Positions 21,133-34,200 of a stretch of 64,000 nt of DNA are shown here, one piece after another. Source of the DNA: Trypanosoma brucei (Eukaryota); contig CM000208.1 in assembly GCA_000002445.1 (NCBI GenBank), positions 960,001 to 1,024,000 on the forward strand, written 5' to 3'. The notes beneath the pieces were generated by a model that was not told the DNA's origin, did no database searches, and saw nothing but the letters and a program-made list of their open reading frames with translations. Positions within the stretch are counted from its first letter, which is position 1; the number at the start of each line of letters is the position of its first letter. The position numbers and the translations under genes were made by a program.

Positions 21133-24100
21133 CTAACTAGCCACAACATCAAAAAGCAACAACTGCGCCCGAACATGTAGTGGCAGCTTCCGGTGCTCGC
21201 GCACGTCATGAAACGACGTATTCCACATTTGACCAAAAGAGGAAAGGACGCTCACTACACTCTGCGCATAGTGCGCCTCCTCTTCCATGGGAGAATTGTC
21301 ATCGGCTTCAACCTGCTCTTCCCCTACTTCAGAAGAATCACTGCGGGGGAGCGGCAACTTTCCCTTCCCATTGCTACCGTTCCTTTTAGCATCACTTTGA
21401 CGAGTACCCACAACGCTATTTATCGCTTTCAAAGGACTCCGCTTACCATTCGCACTGCGAGTCTCCTTCTGGCGCTTTTTTTCTTGCTCTTGACGATGCA
21501 CAAAATGAAGAAATTCCTCAATTTCGTTGTTTAGGTATACGCTACCATTTTTGATTTCCGTATCTGAAAGATTCAACGACTCTCTCAATGGTTCGCCTGC
21601 CACTTGCGGAGGCGATGTGGACGAGGCCCTACTCAGCGCCATTGCGTGTTGCGATGACAAGGGAACTGACTGTATTTTAGTGAAATCCGATTTACTATGC
21701 CCCTTAGCCGGAGGAGGTGGACGTTTCTCCCGACGCTGTGGTGCCGCATAGACGTTCGTTTCCGGTGCTTGCGAGGGTGATCTTCGACAGCTGTCATGCA
21801 AGACAGAAAAATCCAGTGGTGTAACTAAGTTGGTTTGCTCTTCCCTCTTCTTACCCTCCCGCCCTGAATCCGACTTCTGCCTTACAACTAATCGTGTCTT
21901 TTCCGCAAAACAAGCCGCATCATCCGCGTTATTATTCAGACGCCTTGCTAGTGCCGAGGTCAGATGCACGGACTTCTCGCTTCCCCTCGCACGATCGGCT
22001 GTTCCGGTGCTCCTTATGGTACTGCCCTTCACCTGCAGTTTCTCTGACGTTCTTTCATCTACATTTCCTGTACTGATACTAACCGATCTTGGGCTCAGGT
22101 TGCCTTGTTTCTTTTCGTCCTCGTCATCACCTATGAGCCAGGACTGCGTCAAAGATCCAGAGGATGCATTTGACAGACTGCTTACTCCGTTTTGGTTTCC
22201 AACCGCAGCTACTGCACCCTCTGCACGTATCTCGTTTTCTGTAGCGGATCTGGAACCCATATCCAACTGCTTCGGGAAAAGTCCTACGAAAGTACTTTCC
22301 TTCCTTGGCGAGGATTGAAATGCAGAGCCCTCAATCCCTTTTTCTCCAGTAGAGCTACTGGAAGATGAACATCCGGGTGGTTTACTGCATCTGCGTTTAA
22401 GTGATACCCTTGCCTCATGTTCTTCCTGCATCAAAAGTAGTCGTTCATGGTTCTCGTCGCCGCAAAATAAAAAGAACGGGTCACCAACGAGGTTATCTAA
22501 ATTTTGTGTCACGGCATCGTCCAGAAGCTGTGCTATGGAGTGAGTCGAAGTAGTTCCTTGACATTTCGCTTTCGACAAATTCTGTGCATTCGGTTGGCTA
22601 GCACAAGAGCCTGAAAAAATGATTTTTTCTTTGCCTGGGCTCCCGGCTCCTGACGACGCCGAAGGCATGTTGCAATCTTTGTTTTTATCATTGCTGCTGG
22701 CCGCGATATCCGTTACAACAGTGGACGACGTAGACCCAAAAGGGCGACTCACATTACTGAAGTTGAGGTTGTAAATTGACGACACCATGATACTCGTGTC
22801 TGACCGACCATGTCCCTTAGGTATGTCTGAGCCAATACCCAAACTCGGCGCACTGGATGAATTGGCTGGAATACAAATATCGGATCGCTTGCTAACCTTC
22901 TCGTCATCACTAAAAAGCCGCCGGTACGGTCGTCTGAAGAGAAGTGGAGTGCCGCGTTCGATTATTCGTCGCTCGTTCATTTGCACTATGCGCGAAGATG
23001 CGGTATCATCCCTGTCACCTACATCGAGCGTTGAGCAATCGGACGGCACGGCGTTCGTGCTTTCGCATGAGTGCCGCTGTGTGCGCACATCAGCCAACTT
23101 TTCTCGAGAGAGCTGGTTCCTGTGTGCGCTACAGCAGTTAGGCCATCCACATCGAATGCGTTCCCGCAACAAAATAACTTGTCCCCGACGAACCAAATCC
23201 TCCTGCTTAATAGCTCCAGGGGTACGACGATCGTACAGCAAGTACTCGTCTTGTGGTTGTATAATGCTACGGGCCCATTTTTCTGTTACAACAGGACCGG
23301 ATGCAGACCGCTGGACACTGGATGAAAAACTGTTCATCGCGCACCCTTCATCATTAAAGTTGCTATTGCGAGCACTACCGTTGCTTATGCTTGGTGTACA
23401 AGCGCACATACTGTTTTTAAACAGACTAGCCTGACTGCCTTCTAATACCGTCACATAACTCCTGTCAGTGGCGAGGGGTTCGCTGTCAGATTTTCGTTTC
23501 CTTCCACATTTAACTTTTTTGCGTTTGCGTTTCTCCGAAGTTGTTGACTGCTGCACGACACCGTCAACACCAACTGCGCCGTCGCCCACCAATTTCTGGG
23601 GCTGCCGCTCTTCCCCTGAACGAGGATTCTGTTCCCGTAGTGGTAATTGTGCGATGATGCTGCAAGTGGACCCCGCTGGCATCTTTTCCCTCGTTTCCGC
23701 ATGTCGCTGCCGCACCAGTCTCGCAGATGGTGGGCAAACATCTCCATCTGTACAGGTTCCGCTCCCACCTTCCTTCAACAGTTGTCCCTGAGGATCGAGT
23801 GAAACTGTTCTCTCCACATTCTTGTTTCGCGCTGTTCTTTGAGAAGGGATAGAATGGGTTGCAATTGACCAATCAGGCTGGAGCGGCGGCCACCCAGAAG
23901 GGGGCTCACCAGATGCCACCTTCCAATTGCCGTTGGACAGAGATACGGCGCTGAGTTCGTGGGCGCTGTACAACGTTTTTACACGCCCGCTGTTGTCGCC
24001 GGCCGCATAGGAAGGAGAATTATACATCACTCTGCGTCTGGTAGCGATCGTCTTGATGGAAGTCGGGCCGACGGTGGAGGTATGCCCATTACCGTCGAGT

Positions 24101-24201
24101 AGTGGTGCTGGTGTCGCCGGAAGAGACATTACCGCGCTGCGTATGATAGTCCGGCCGCTGCGTGGACAATTACTATTCCCGGTGTCCTTTCGAGATATCA
24201 T
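21133..24201 (-). CDS. Hypothetical Ser-rich low-complexity protein with basic NLS-like cluster, 1022 aa
   Basis: ATG confirmed (cat 24199-24201). Uninterrupted 3-kb ORF in the transcription-unit orientation. KRKRKKVKCGRKRK cluster. No recognisable domain. Confidence 0.5.
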   Translation of the reverse strand: MISRKDTGNSNCPRSGRTIIRSAVMSLPATPAPLLDGNGHTSTVGPTSIKTIATRRRVMYNSPSYAAGDNSGRVKTLYSAHELSAVSLSNGNWKVASGEPPSGWPPLQPDWSIATHSIPSQRTARNKNVERTVSLDPQGQLLKEGGSGTCTDGDVCPPSARLVRQRHAETREKMPAGSTCSIIAQLPLREQNPRSGEERQPQKLVGDGAVGVDGVVQQSTTSEKRKRKKVKCGRKRKSDSEPLATDRSYVTVLEGSQASLFKNSMCACTPSISNGSARNSNFNDEGCAMNSFSSSVQRSASGPVVTEKWARSIIQPQDEYLLYDRRTPGAIKQEDLVRRGQVILLRERIRCGWPNCCSAHRNQLSREKLADVRTQRHSCESTNAVPSDCSTLDVGDRDDTASSRIVQMNERRIIERGTPLLFRRPYRRLFSDDEKVSKRSDICIPANSSSAPSLGIGSDIPKGHGRSDTSIMVSSIYNLNFSNVSRPFGSTSSTVVTDIAASSNDKNKDCNMPSASSGAGSPGKEKIIFSGSCASQPNAQNLSKAKCQGTTSTHSIAQLLDDAVTQNLDNLVGDPFFLFCGDENHERLLLMQEEHEARVSLKRRCSKPPGCSSSSSSTGEKGIEGSAFQSSPRKESTFVGLFPKQLDMGSRSATENEIRAEGAVAAVGNQNGVSSLSNASSGSLTQSWLIGDDEDEKKQGNLSPRSVSISTGNVDERTSEKLQVKGSTIRSTGTADRARGSEKSVHLTSALARRLNNNADDAACFAEKTRLVVRQKSDSGREGKKREEQTNLVTPLDFSVLHDSCRRSPSQAPETNVYAAPQRREKRPPPPAKGHSKSDFTKIQSVPLSSQHAMALSRASSTSPPQVAGEPLRESLNLSDTEIKNGSVYLNNEIEEFLHFVHRQEQEKKRQKETRSANGKRSPLKAINSVVGTRQSDAKRNGSNGKGKLPLPRSDSSEVGEEQVEADDNSPMEEEAHYAQSVVSVLSSFGQMWNTSFHDVREHRKLPLHVRAQLLLFDVVAS

Positions 24202-25224
24202 CGTTAGTTTCAGTTGAACACGAGTAAATAAACAATATAGATATGTTTATTTATGTACTGCTGTGGCGATCACCAACTTCGTAATCCACCTGGCAGCCCT
24301 ATTATGCGAATTTTCTCACACGCGACCCTCTTAGCTTACCCTGCCGTTTACCCTTTCTCCAGTTGTGCGCAGTACACGAGACACACAGAGTATAAGTGCC
24401 ACCAGGCGGGTTCAAAGTTTACGAGGTTCCTCTAATTATACACGAGCAAAGAGAGAGACAGTTACGCTTCCAGCCTTACCTTCGTTTACTTACTCAGAGA
24501 AGTGCCGTACGAGGCTCAATTGAGAGGGAAGGTGGGGTAGCGAAGGAGTGCACATATTCACGCGTGTAAGCACAAACAGCGGCAACAAAGCGGAATGGAC
24601 AAAAAAAAAACAACATCAGGTTGGAACACACAGTAAATTCATAAGCGAGGCGACGGTATTGCGTGGTCCTGATCACACTCTCCACGCAAATGACCTACTC
24701 GCATCCTCACCAATCTGTCTGCGTGACCGCCGATGCGCATCTCAAATGACATTCACGTTTAGAAGAAGAGAAACATCGTTACCTTCTGTTTCCTAAAACA
24801 CAGCGGGGGAACAAAATGCTTAAATTTTTACTCGATTAATTTATTATTTACACTACACGTTACGCACCCTCCTTTCTCGCACTCTTGTTACCATTCCTAT
24901 CACCCTCGCACACGTCCCTGTCGCATATGCTATGGCCCGAAGCACTCGCAGAACATTCCGTCAGCTACCGTCGACGAACAAAAAAAAAGCATGTACATCT
25001 TCTCTAACTCATCCCACCGCCTCACTCATTCGAGGCGCAATAGTTTCGTGATCGATTGCAGAATGTCACTGAACGCATGATATGTACACAAGCGCGCCGC
25101 TTGTAGAAACCAAAACACGAAAAGCAAGAACGAACAAAAGAACAGTGTGTGGCAGAGGGTTCTCTAGGGACCACGGGGCTTATCACCAGTAACCGTCGTG
25201 GTGTTTTAAACACAACTCCTCTTT

Positions 25225-28200
25225 TTACCTCCGCGAGGTCCTTGCTCTTTTATTCCCCTTAGGGTAACTTTCATCCGCACTGCGGGCCCTCTTTCGGAGA
25301 GTGTTCGTTGTATCACGACGCGCCAACTCATCCTTTCTGGCATTTTTTATCTCCTCTGCCACTGTGGTCAGGGCGAAAAGAGCATCATCAACAGTAACAA
25401 AACTCCCAGTACACCTGTCACAGTTGCCGTTATTGCTCTTGTCCCTGCTAATCTTTCTTAGCTTCTTCCTTCCCTCTAATGGCGATACATTCACCGCTGC
25501 GTTTTCATCGTCGGCGTGTGCGCGGGCGGTGTCGTAGTCGTGTCGACGTGCTTCCAATTGCTCACGGAGAACGTAGGCAACCTGCGTTGCCAGTGTACTG
25601 AGCTTTTCCGACCGTCTGCCGCATCGCATGGCAACCGCCACGGTCGGTGCCACAGTCTGTTGTATGAATTCCAGGTTGATTGCATTGCACAAGAGCCAAC
25701 GAGCGACACTTCCGACGTCAACTCGTTCCCCTTCGTTAACATCACCGAGTGTTTCAGATGCGCTCTTGTTATCACCCCGGGACGTTTTTCGACCGTTGCC
25801 GTTAACACAGGGCATTGCAGCAACCAAACCACCGAAGCATTGCACAAGCGAAGCTGTACGCACCATCACATTTGTAACACTCCCATTTGATATTGCTGGT
25901 GCAGCGATTGAGTTAAACTGACGGCGCAGTGCCACGAAGTGTCTGGTAACAACCTCACGAACGTGAAGTAACCCCTCCTCACTCTCATTTGCAGTGGCGT
26001 TAACTAGGAGGGCCATACTAACTGCTGCCAGGGAACGTATCAAATACAGCGCAAGACGCACCGCATCGGTTCGCGATGAGCGAGCAATCGCTCGGTGTGC
26101 GGCGTACTTTTCGTTAGAGACATCCGACTGCGCAAAGTTAAGCAAGAGAAGTCGTAGTGAGGCAGATATCTCATTAAGCACTTCCTCCGCGCGATCTGTA
26201 TTGTCTATGGGGCCAGTCCCTCGGAATACCACCATGTACGGAAGAGTGTCCCCAGATGCAGTTGACGACGGTTGGATGGCCACCGCCGAGTTTCTGCTTC
26301 TTCTGGTCGGCTTTTGACTTGTGTCTTTTTCACTCCTTCTCCTTTTGCTCCCCAACACTTCCACTGCGCTAGTGACAAGATGTGCACCAACCCATCCATC
26401 ATCAACCAAATACGAGCACCGTGTTTCCACACCATTCGTACAGTACATACCCAGTAGCCTCAACGCCACCCCTCGCACCCAGGGATGCGTGTGCAGAATA
26501 AGACGGCCAGAAAGATACAGCACAAGGGGTTTGGCAAAGGTTACATCGTGCCACACAAGCGAGGGAGCAGCGCTAGCTATTGCTTCCACGCACCGCAAAC
26601 CAAAGAAAACGTACATCCAACCCTTCATTTCGATCTTTCGTCGCAAAGTTCCTGAAAGCTCCTCGGAACGTCGCCTGATGCGCGACGCACTAATTTGATC
26701 ATATGTTGCTGCGTCCATAATGGATGGTAGTGACCAGGTATAGTAAGTAGCGAACTCCTCCGCCTCTGCGGTGATACCCTTTGTATTATCCGAGCTTGAA
26801 TCATTGTCTTTCCCACTAAGTCCGAGAGCAGATGCAATGGCAGAAAGCATCAACGCCCAAGTTTGTAGAGCTATTGTTTTCCGTTTACGGGTTTGATCTT
26901 TTTCAAGCCATTTTGATAGTGTAGGCACAACAGTGTCAACACCGGCATTCCGCACCAAATCTTGAAGTGCCGTGCCCGCCTTTCTCCTCGCCTCAAGAAA
27001 CTCTGAGCCCGACAGAGTAACTGCGAGTGGGAGTAGCAGCAATGGAGCCTCCTGCCTCAGAACTACAGTGGGTAGTCGATTTATAAGGGCGATGAAGAGC
27101 TCCAATAAAGCGATACGACCGGTTACCTCTGGGTAATCCATGTTTCGGTATAATAAATCCATGTGCGACCGGAATTTTTCCGGTGTCATCCGATACTCTG
27201 TTAGGAAACGAGTGATAACGGAAATACATCGTTGGCGCATAAGCCGCTTAGCACTGACATGCAATAGTAACTCGGTCACTACACCCATCAATTCGTACAC
27301 CTCAACCACGTGCACGTGCCTACCGAGTACAGCGTAAAAAAGGGTTAGTGCCATAGGAGCAAACCGATTACGCTCAACCAGCTCTGCATGGCAAAGGCCT
27401 GTGATTTGTGACGCTTGTGCCTCCGTTAGCGTAAAACGCTGGTGGGATATTACCGACGCTGCCACTCGCATTGCCCGCTGCTTGACAGAACCACCTCGCT
27501 CAAAAAAGGCGGTAACGGTATCGTAAAGATTTGTATGATACATTCCCACGATCTTCAAAGGTGGACGCAACGAGAGAAGGGCCAGCATACAGTCAAGTGC
27601 GTACCCGATAACCGCGTCACTCCCCTCACCATGGAGTGTCGACAAAACAACAGGCACCAACTCTTCCAATAGTTGTTGGTAGTGTCGAGTGAATGATGCC
27701 GTCAAATCGGCTGAGCCACGTCGTTTCCTCTTTTCCGTCCGAACACATAATTTTTTAGACGGCTCCCCGGTTTCCTTTTGCCTCTGTTCGTCATCCCTCT
27801 CCTCGGCTTCAGCAGCAAATCGATCCAGTGCATCACCCTCTCTGTCATCCAAGTTCTCCGGATCGAGTAGCACGTCAGCCGAAGATACGCTGGAAGCATC
27901 TTGTTCTCCCTCTTCGTCCGATGCGTTGGTGTGAGTGATGTAGTTATCTCCATCGGTTTGTTCCTCCTTTTGTTTGTTTTTTGAGCGCAGGAGATCAAGA
28001 CGTACAGCAATCTTGGATGACTTACGCTCTTTTCCCATGCCGAGAACTTGTTTGAGCACACTCAGAAGGTATTTAAGAAGAAATTCATCCAAAGTGTCGA
28101 GAACCACTGCGGCTGTTGGGTCCTCACGATAAAAGTGCTTTGCTGCCTGTTTCACGTCTTTGCCGTATCGACCACGATACGTTCGGAGTTTCTGCTTCTG

Positions 28201-31200
28201 TTGAGTGGCTAGTACAGTATGAGCACTAAAGTCGACGTCCACTCGCTCCGGTCGTGGTGCGACAAGAAAATTAGCATCCAGTTGCTCACGACGCGTGGTT
28301 GCAATCACGGACGGGCGCTGTGCTATGAGCTGTGCGCTTCCTCGGATACGGCGGGTCCCTTCTTTTGCTTCGAACTTTTTAATCTTCTCTTCTCTCGTTT
28401 CGTTGTGGCGGTGAAGCAAGTCCCGCACCACACGAAATGAGCTTTCCACCTCCATGGTTGCGTTCTTGAGGAGGGCTCGGGCCACACGGACAGCCAGCAA
28501 ACGCACCTTCTGCACGAAAGCAAAGTCAGCCGCAGCGCTTTTGCCGATGGTGCTATACTTTGTCTTGAGTTCTTGAAGCAGCAGCAATGCGCCAGCACGC
28601 GCGCCACCGCCCCGGGTGTTAGTCTCCACGTTAGCTGCTTCGCTAGGAGGTGTGAGCAACCATGTTATTTTCTGCAGAAAAACTTCAATCACGCGGGTCG
28701 CCTGACAGTGTGATGCGATAAGTGTAAAACCATGCAGTGCCCGACTGCTCTTCACCTCAAGCATTGTGCTCATCAGTTCCACCTGCCGTTTCTGCTCACT
28801 CACCTCGCCAAGGTAGTCATCAAGGAGTATTGTCATGATATCGTCAAGACAGGCGGTTAAACACGAGACACCGTATTCGTAATCAAATTGAACAGCAGCA
28901 GGTATAATCATGCGTAGTAGCTCTTCTTCCTCGTCATCTTCGTGGTTGCCCGTTGTAACATCATCACCGCTCTTTTCCTTACTGTTACTCGTTTGACCAA
29001 GTGCGCCTCCTCCCTGCTTGTCGTGTTGTTGACTACCATTTGGTCTGATTGCTTCGCCACCTCCCACTACAGAATGCCGCGCCTTCGCCCCGGCTTCTTT
29101 GTGAAGTTTTTTTCCTGGTGTTTTTTTCCTCCCGTATGAAAGGGAGTGGCGCGGTTCGTAGAGGTTGTAAAGAAGTGTCACAACTGTGTAACCTAGAACG
29201 TGCAACTGGTAGCCATGCACTAAGTGATCCCGAAGCTTTGTAATAATGAAACCCAGTTTCCCCGGCCCAACCTCGCACATCATTGCACTGAGGACACGGC
29301 GCGCCCGCTCGCGATGTTTATCATTCTTCGTTCGGAGTTTCAGAACCACTTCATCGAGCAATTGCTCTGCATGCGAAGAGAACCTGTCAAGCGGAAAGCG
29401 CTTCACAATCTTCGTAATGGCGATTGCAACTGGTAACTGAAGGATAGTCGTGTTTTGTTGTGCCCCATCAGTCTTCCGCATTTCATCTCTAACACTTGTG
29501 GCAGTGTGAGCGCTTACAAGAACCTCAGACCCACTCGCATGAATACCACTTCTACGGGTGCCACTCGATAAAAAACCGTACAACTGCGGTAAGATGTCAT
29601 CCTCCATCACATGCATTATCCGTGCATTGCGATATTTAATGCGCTTAGCACGAAGTGTCACTTCCAAAGCTGCAGCCACTGCATCATCGTCATTTTCTCC
29701 ATCCTCATCCTCATCATAATCATCCCCCTGCGCTGTCTGAGGACTCTCCTCGGCGCCCTTTCTTTGCCGTCCATCTTCAGGAATATCATTATTATTATTA
29801 CTGCAGGTACCAATTTTATCATCGACACCTTCCTCCAAAAAATGGAAATGGTCGAGTACCAACACAACCCCCTGAAGCATCGGAAGCCGCAAGGAAGCGT
29901 TTTCCTGTGCATTAATAAGAAGCAGGCTTAGTAAACGGTAGTAACCCTCCCACGGCAACATACCTGCAACAGTTGCCACGGTGTTCAACAGCGCATCACA
30001 GTATCCCTTCGCACGTCCCTCCGTGAGGTTTTGTAGATCCCTTTTACCCTGCGCGAAGTCCTTCACGGTGGCCAAAAGAAACGGAACGAAAACACGGAGA
30101 GCGTCACGTGGATGCAACTGGTCCACCTTCTTCCGCAGAAGTGCAAGCGCATTTAGGCGACATCGGTGCTGTAAATGACCTATATTAACGAAGAAATTGA
30201 GCTCCACATTGCGGTCGTAAAGCGCAGCAAATGACCGGAATGAGTCTTTGTAGTGCTGCGCAAGGGCACCAAACACCTGCATGTGTGAGTTTCGAATATG
30301 AACGTCACGTGCCACAACACCCCGGCGTAGCGAGGGCAAGATGATCCGCCTAATGACTTGGTTGAGAATGAGTGTATCGTATTCAGCTACCCTCGTATTT
30401 TGACGTGATGCATATCGGATCATCGCTTCAACAACTTGAACAGCAAGAGCCGAGATGGTTCCCTCAGGATCGCGAAGGAAAAATACAGCATTCGAAGCCA
30501 AAACAAGGAAACCCTCCACGCAGAGCACCGGGGCCTCGAGGTCATCAAGTGGTATGGTGGAGTCAAAATCACCGCTATAATCACGCTCTTCCCTTACTTG
30601 GCTTTGTTGAGCACGCTTCCGTTTCCCAATGCTAACCGGCGCAGATTCACCACCATTATGAAAGAATTGCTGTAGCGTCCGCAGCGTATGGAAACGGAGA
30701 TCAAAGTCATAGCGATCTAGCGAGCTATTGTTATCATCAAAACTGTTCAGGCAAGAAACTGCCCGACCCACCGCGGCCAATTGTGCGGCGTAGCCCCTGG
30801 AGCCACGTTGCACACCGTCAAGGAGAAAATCGGTGTTTTCTTCGTTGCAGAAGCAACTAACAGGATCGGAAGAAGATGAAACCGCACCCATTTGTGTAAG
30901 CATAACGTTCAGCGTCCGGCAAAGTAGCAGCCGTGCCTCTGGGTTTGTCACTGCATTGAAAAGGTGCACGAGGGGTTCGTAGTGGAGCAGCACGTTAATA
31001 CGATGAACGTGTGGTAAAAGATATTCCAAAACCCCAACTGCTGCCACGCAAGTTTCCCGGTCCTTCATACAAGCTGGATGGGCGACAAAGGCAATACACA
31101 TCTCTAGAAGACGGGACAACATTGTATTTGTATCTTCCGAATTAGCGTGCTTCCCCCCAGCAGACTCCTTCTCCTCGGCATTTTGCTTTTCGATTACTAC

Positions 31201-34200
31201 AACATATTCAGTGAGCATGGAAACGGTCGCAATCAGCTCCTTCCACATAGAAACACTAAAAGACATAACGGTTGTGGCGGGTCGGCCCCCCTTATCCCTC
31301 GACGCGGGGAAACGAGTGTTCTTTTCCCTGACACCACATGAAGCACCTCTCCTGATGAGTGTGTACAAAGATGTGAAAATTTCAGAAACATGAGGTTCGA
31401 CAAACATGACACGTAAAGTCGATTGCTCAGTCGCTCCAAAAACATTAATCTGCTCATCACTAGCATTTAGAAGTTCAGCGACACAGCGCAATCCTTCGTG
31501 CAAGGCCAGTACTGCAGTTTGTTGTTGATTATTTCTCGATAAGACCGATAGTCCCGAACCACTGGTATTGGTGGTTCCGGTAACCGTCGAATTTGCAGCA
31601 AATAACTGTTTAATCATCTCCGTAACAGCACCTGCGAATGTGCCAACGAGCGGCAGCGTATGCGGTGAAGCTATCCAAGCGCGTACCAGACGCATAAACG
31701 GAGTCGCAGCTGCTCGTTGGCTGTCGCCAATCAACTCGGCCACAGCACCTCCACCGTTCATATGCAGGGCAGCGACATAACGGGAAATAAGACTGTGCTC
31801 AACTGAAGCAGCACCAGTATCGCCGCTCCCTACACCGAGGTCAGCACGAAGGGTTTCCATAACCTCAGCGGGAAACTGCTCAAATAAAGATGCTACCATC
31901 GTCGCTGCTCCACGGCGCATCCGAGACATGAGTGACTTCAGTGCTGAAGAGCTTAGTGCACTTTTCACGCGCCACCCAATCTCTTCTTGGGTCGCTCCGT
32001 CGTCACAAGCACCGCCGTTTATTCCAGGGAAAGTGGTCGCACTCAATGGGGCGAGTAGGGTTTGTTTGCAACTGATAAGGTACGCGTTTATCCCAAGTAG
32101 TAGACAAGTGCCTGCGAACGAGGAGAACCCCTTTCCGACCGCCTGCAGAAGTGCACTCAACAGTTTTGTGGTGTTCAGCAACTGCCGCAGTAGACGCTCA
32201 AGGCGGCGTGTACAATGTGTTTGTTCTCTTACCCACTTTTCCCACCAGCTGCCGAAACAAAAGACCCCACTTCCTGCAGCCTTTGTTGGTGTGACATGCT
32301 CAACAATGAGTCTCTGAACAAGTCCGTTAAGGACAGCTGTAAATTCTCCTCTGTCCGTGAGGTGCGTAACAAAAGCGAGTAGTCGACGCTGGAGAACCGC
32401 CTGATCCTTCACTTTATCCCGTGAAACGCTGCTCGTCAGTTTGGGGAGAGCAACAGTAAGCGCAGTTGCGATATAATCGGCCCGATGCTCCTGCGGTACG
32501 TCAGTCTCCACGTGAAAACTTGAAAGAAAGTTGAAAAGGTTCTGCTGAGTGTCGCAGAATGGGACAAGCTGACGGTAATAACGGGAAAACGGTGCGACCT
32601 TAAGACGCCGTAGTAGATCAATCGCTGCCCGCTGTAGTTTGGTATTTGAATCTGATACAAGACTTGCACAAATTCGGTGGAGCCGTTTAGTTAAGAGGGT
32701 TGCATCCTCCCTTGATTGGCCCGACGGCTGTAGGGGAGACTCTTCTTCTGTGTAGGCGACTGTAGCGGCTGCTGTATAGGCATTTAACGCCAACGTGAGA
32801 CGTTCGTCCAACATCTTGAGATGACGTATGCCGCTTGGGTGCTCCCCACATCGAATCGCAGATAACTCAACCGCTAACTCCGCGACAAGTGAATCTTTGG
32901 TGTCGGCTGCCGATCCTCCACCCGTTCGAGCCATGTCCGATAGGCCCGAAAGAAACGTCTTTGCCAACACAGCACGATCTGTTGCGTGACGTGCTGCAGC
33001 TCTACCATGTGTGTATGTTGGTGAAACAGCCGGGAGGTAATGTCGTTCCCACATCAATATTTCACCATCGTTATTTACCAGTAACAACCAAGTAACAGTG
33101 GAACTTTTATACTGTGCTGTAGAAAAGTCCTTGCTTACCAGCTCGCCCTTCTCGTGTCGCTGCATATCTGTCAGTTGAATTCGATAAAAGAGTGGGGAAC
33201 TGCTGCTATGAATGGACGACTCAGTGCCCTTGTAGTTGCTGGTACTGTTATTATTGTAACAATCATCAGTATCGCACTCGTTAGAAGCGGATGACGCAAC
33301 CCGAACAATGTCGCCTAAGACAATGGAGCGTGCGTACCGGGAAATAACGGTCTCCCACACAAGGGGGTCAAGTAAACTTTTACAATCCTCAACCTCTTCG
33401 TTGTCACCGAAAGGGGACCCGTCGTCTCTCAGCTGATGTAAACCGGTGCCGTGCCGTCGAGCTACTGTATCCTCACTTTTCACCAGATCGGAGAGAATCT
33501 TCAGTGCAATGGGCCAGGCGACAGAATATTTTGTGTGCAGCAGCCCCATCATTGCCCTTGCGAGAATCACTCGCCTCAGGGGCTCACGCAGCGCTCCAGA
33601 AGCGGCATCAAACGATAACTTCGCAAGTGCTTGCTGAATACCGTCCAGATTTCCTGCCGATGAAAGAGGATTAAAAAGTTCAGCGCGAAGTAACGAATCG
33701 AAGAATGTCGGATCGACCGAACTGCAACCAGAAACCCTTTTAGTATCTTCCACTTCAGGGTGACAGAAAAGCCTCAGCAGGCGCAACGCTACGACGCGCA
33801 ACGACTGTATCGGTGACACAAGAGCCTCAAATAAAAGCGTATGGACCAAAGCACGTTGTGACTTGTCGTCCAATGTTTCATGTAGCCGCGCCGTTGCTCT
33901 AAGAAAGGTTTGCCGCTGTTGTGATATTTGCTGTGATACGACGTGGCCCTTCGCCTTTTCCTTTTTATGAACAGCTACAGTAGCTTCACTACCTTCTCCA
34001 TCTGCTACGAGGCTCTCTTCCACACCAAACAATCGAAACATAGCATGCAACAGGCATTCCATACCGTGTAGTAACCGTCCCACCTCGCTATCACCCAAAA
34101 TCACTACGCGATGCTCCTCAAAGCTAGTCGCAAGAATTACAACGGCATCCCTAATAAACTCCATGGAGTCTTTATCACTTTCCGGTGCACCGCAGAGGGG

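Noticed and set aside
22787-23434. 215-aa plus-strand ORF, and similar plus-strand ORFs at 62807-63433, 8863-9348, 5056-5424 and 21830-22318
   Set aside because: All lie antisense within much longer, well-supported minus-strand CDSs. They are low-complexity translations without recognisable motifs. No plus-strand gene is otherwise evident in this strand-pure transcription unit.
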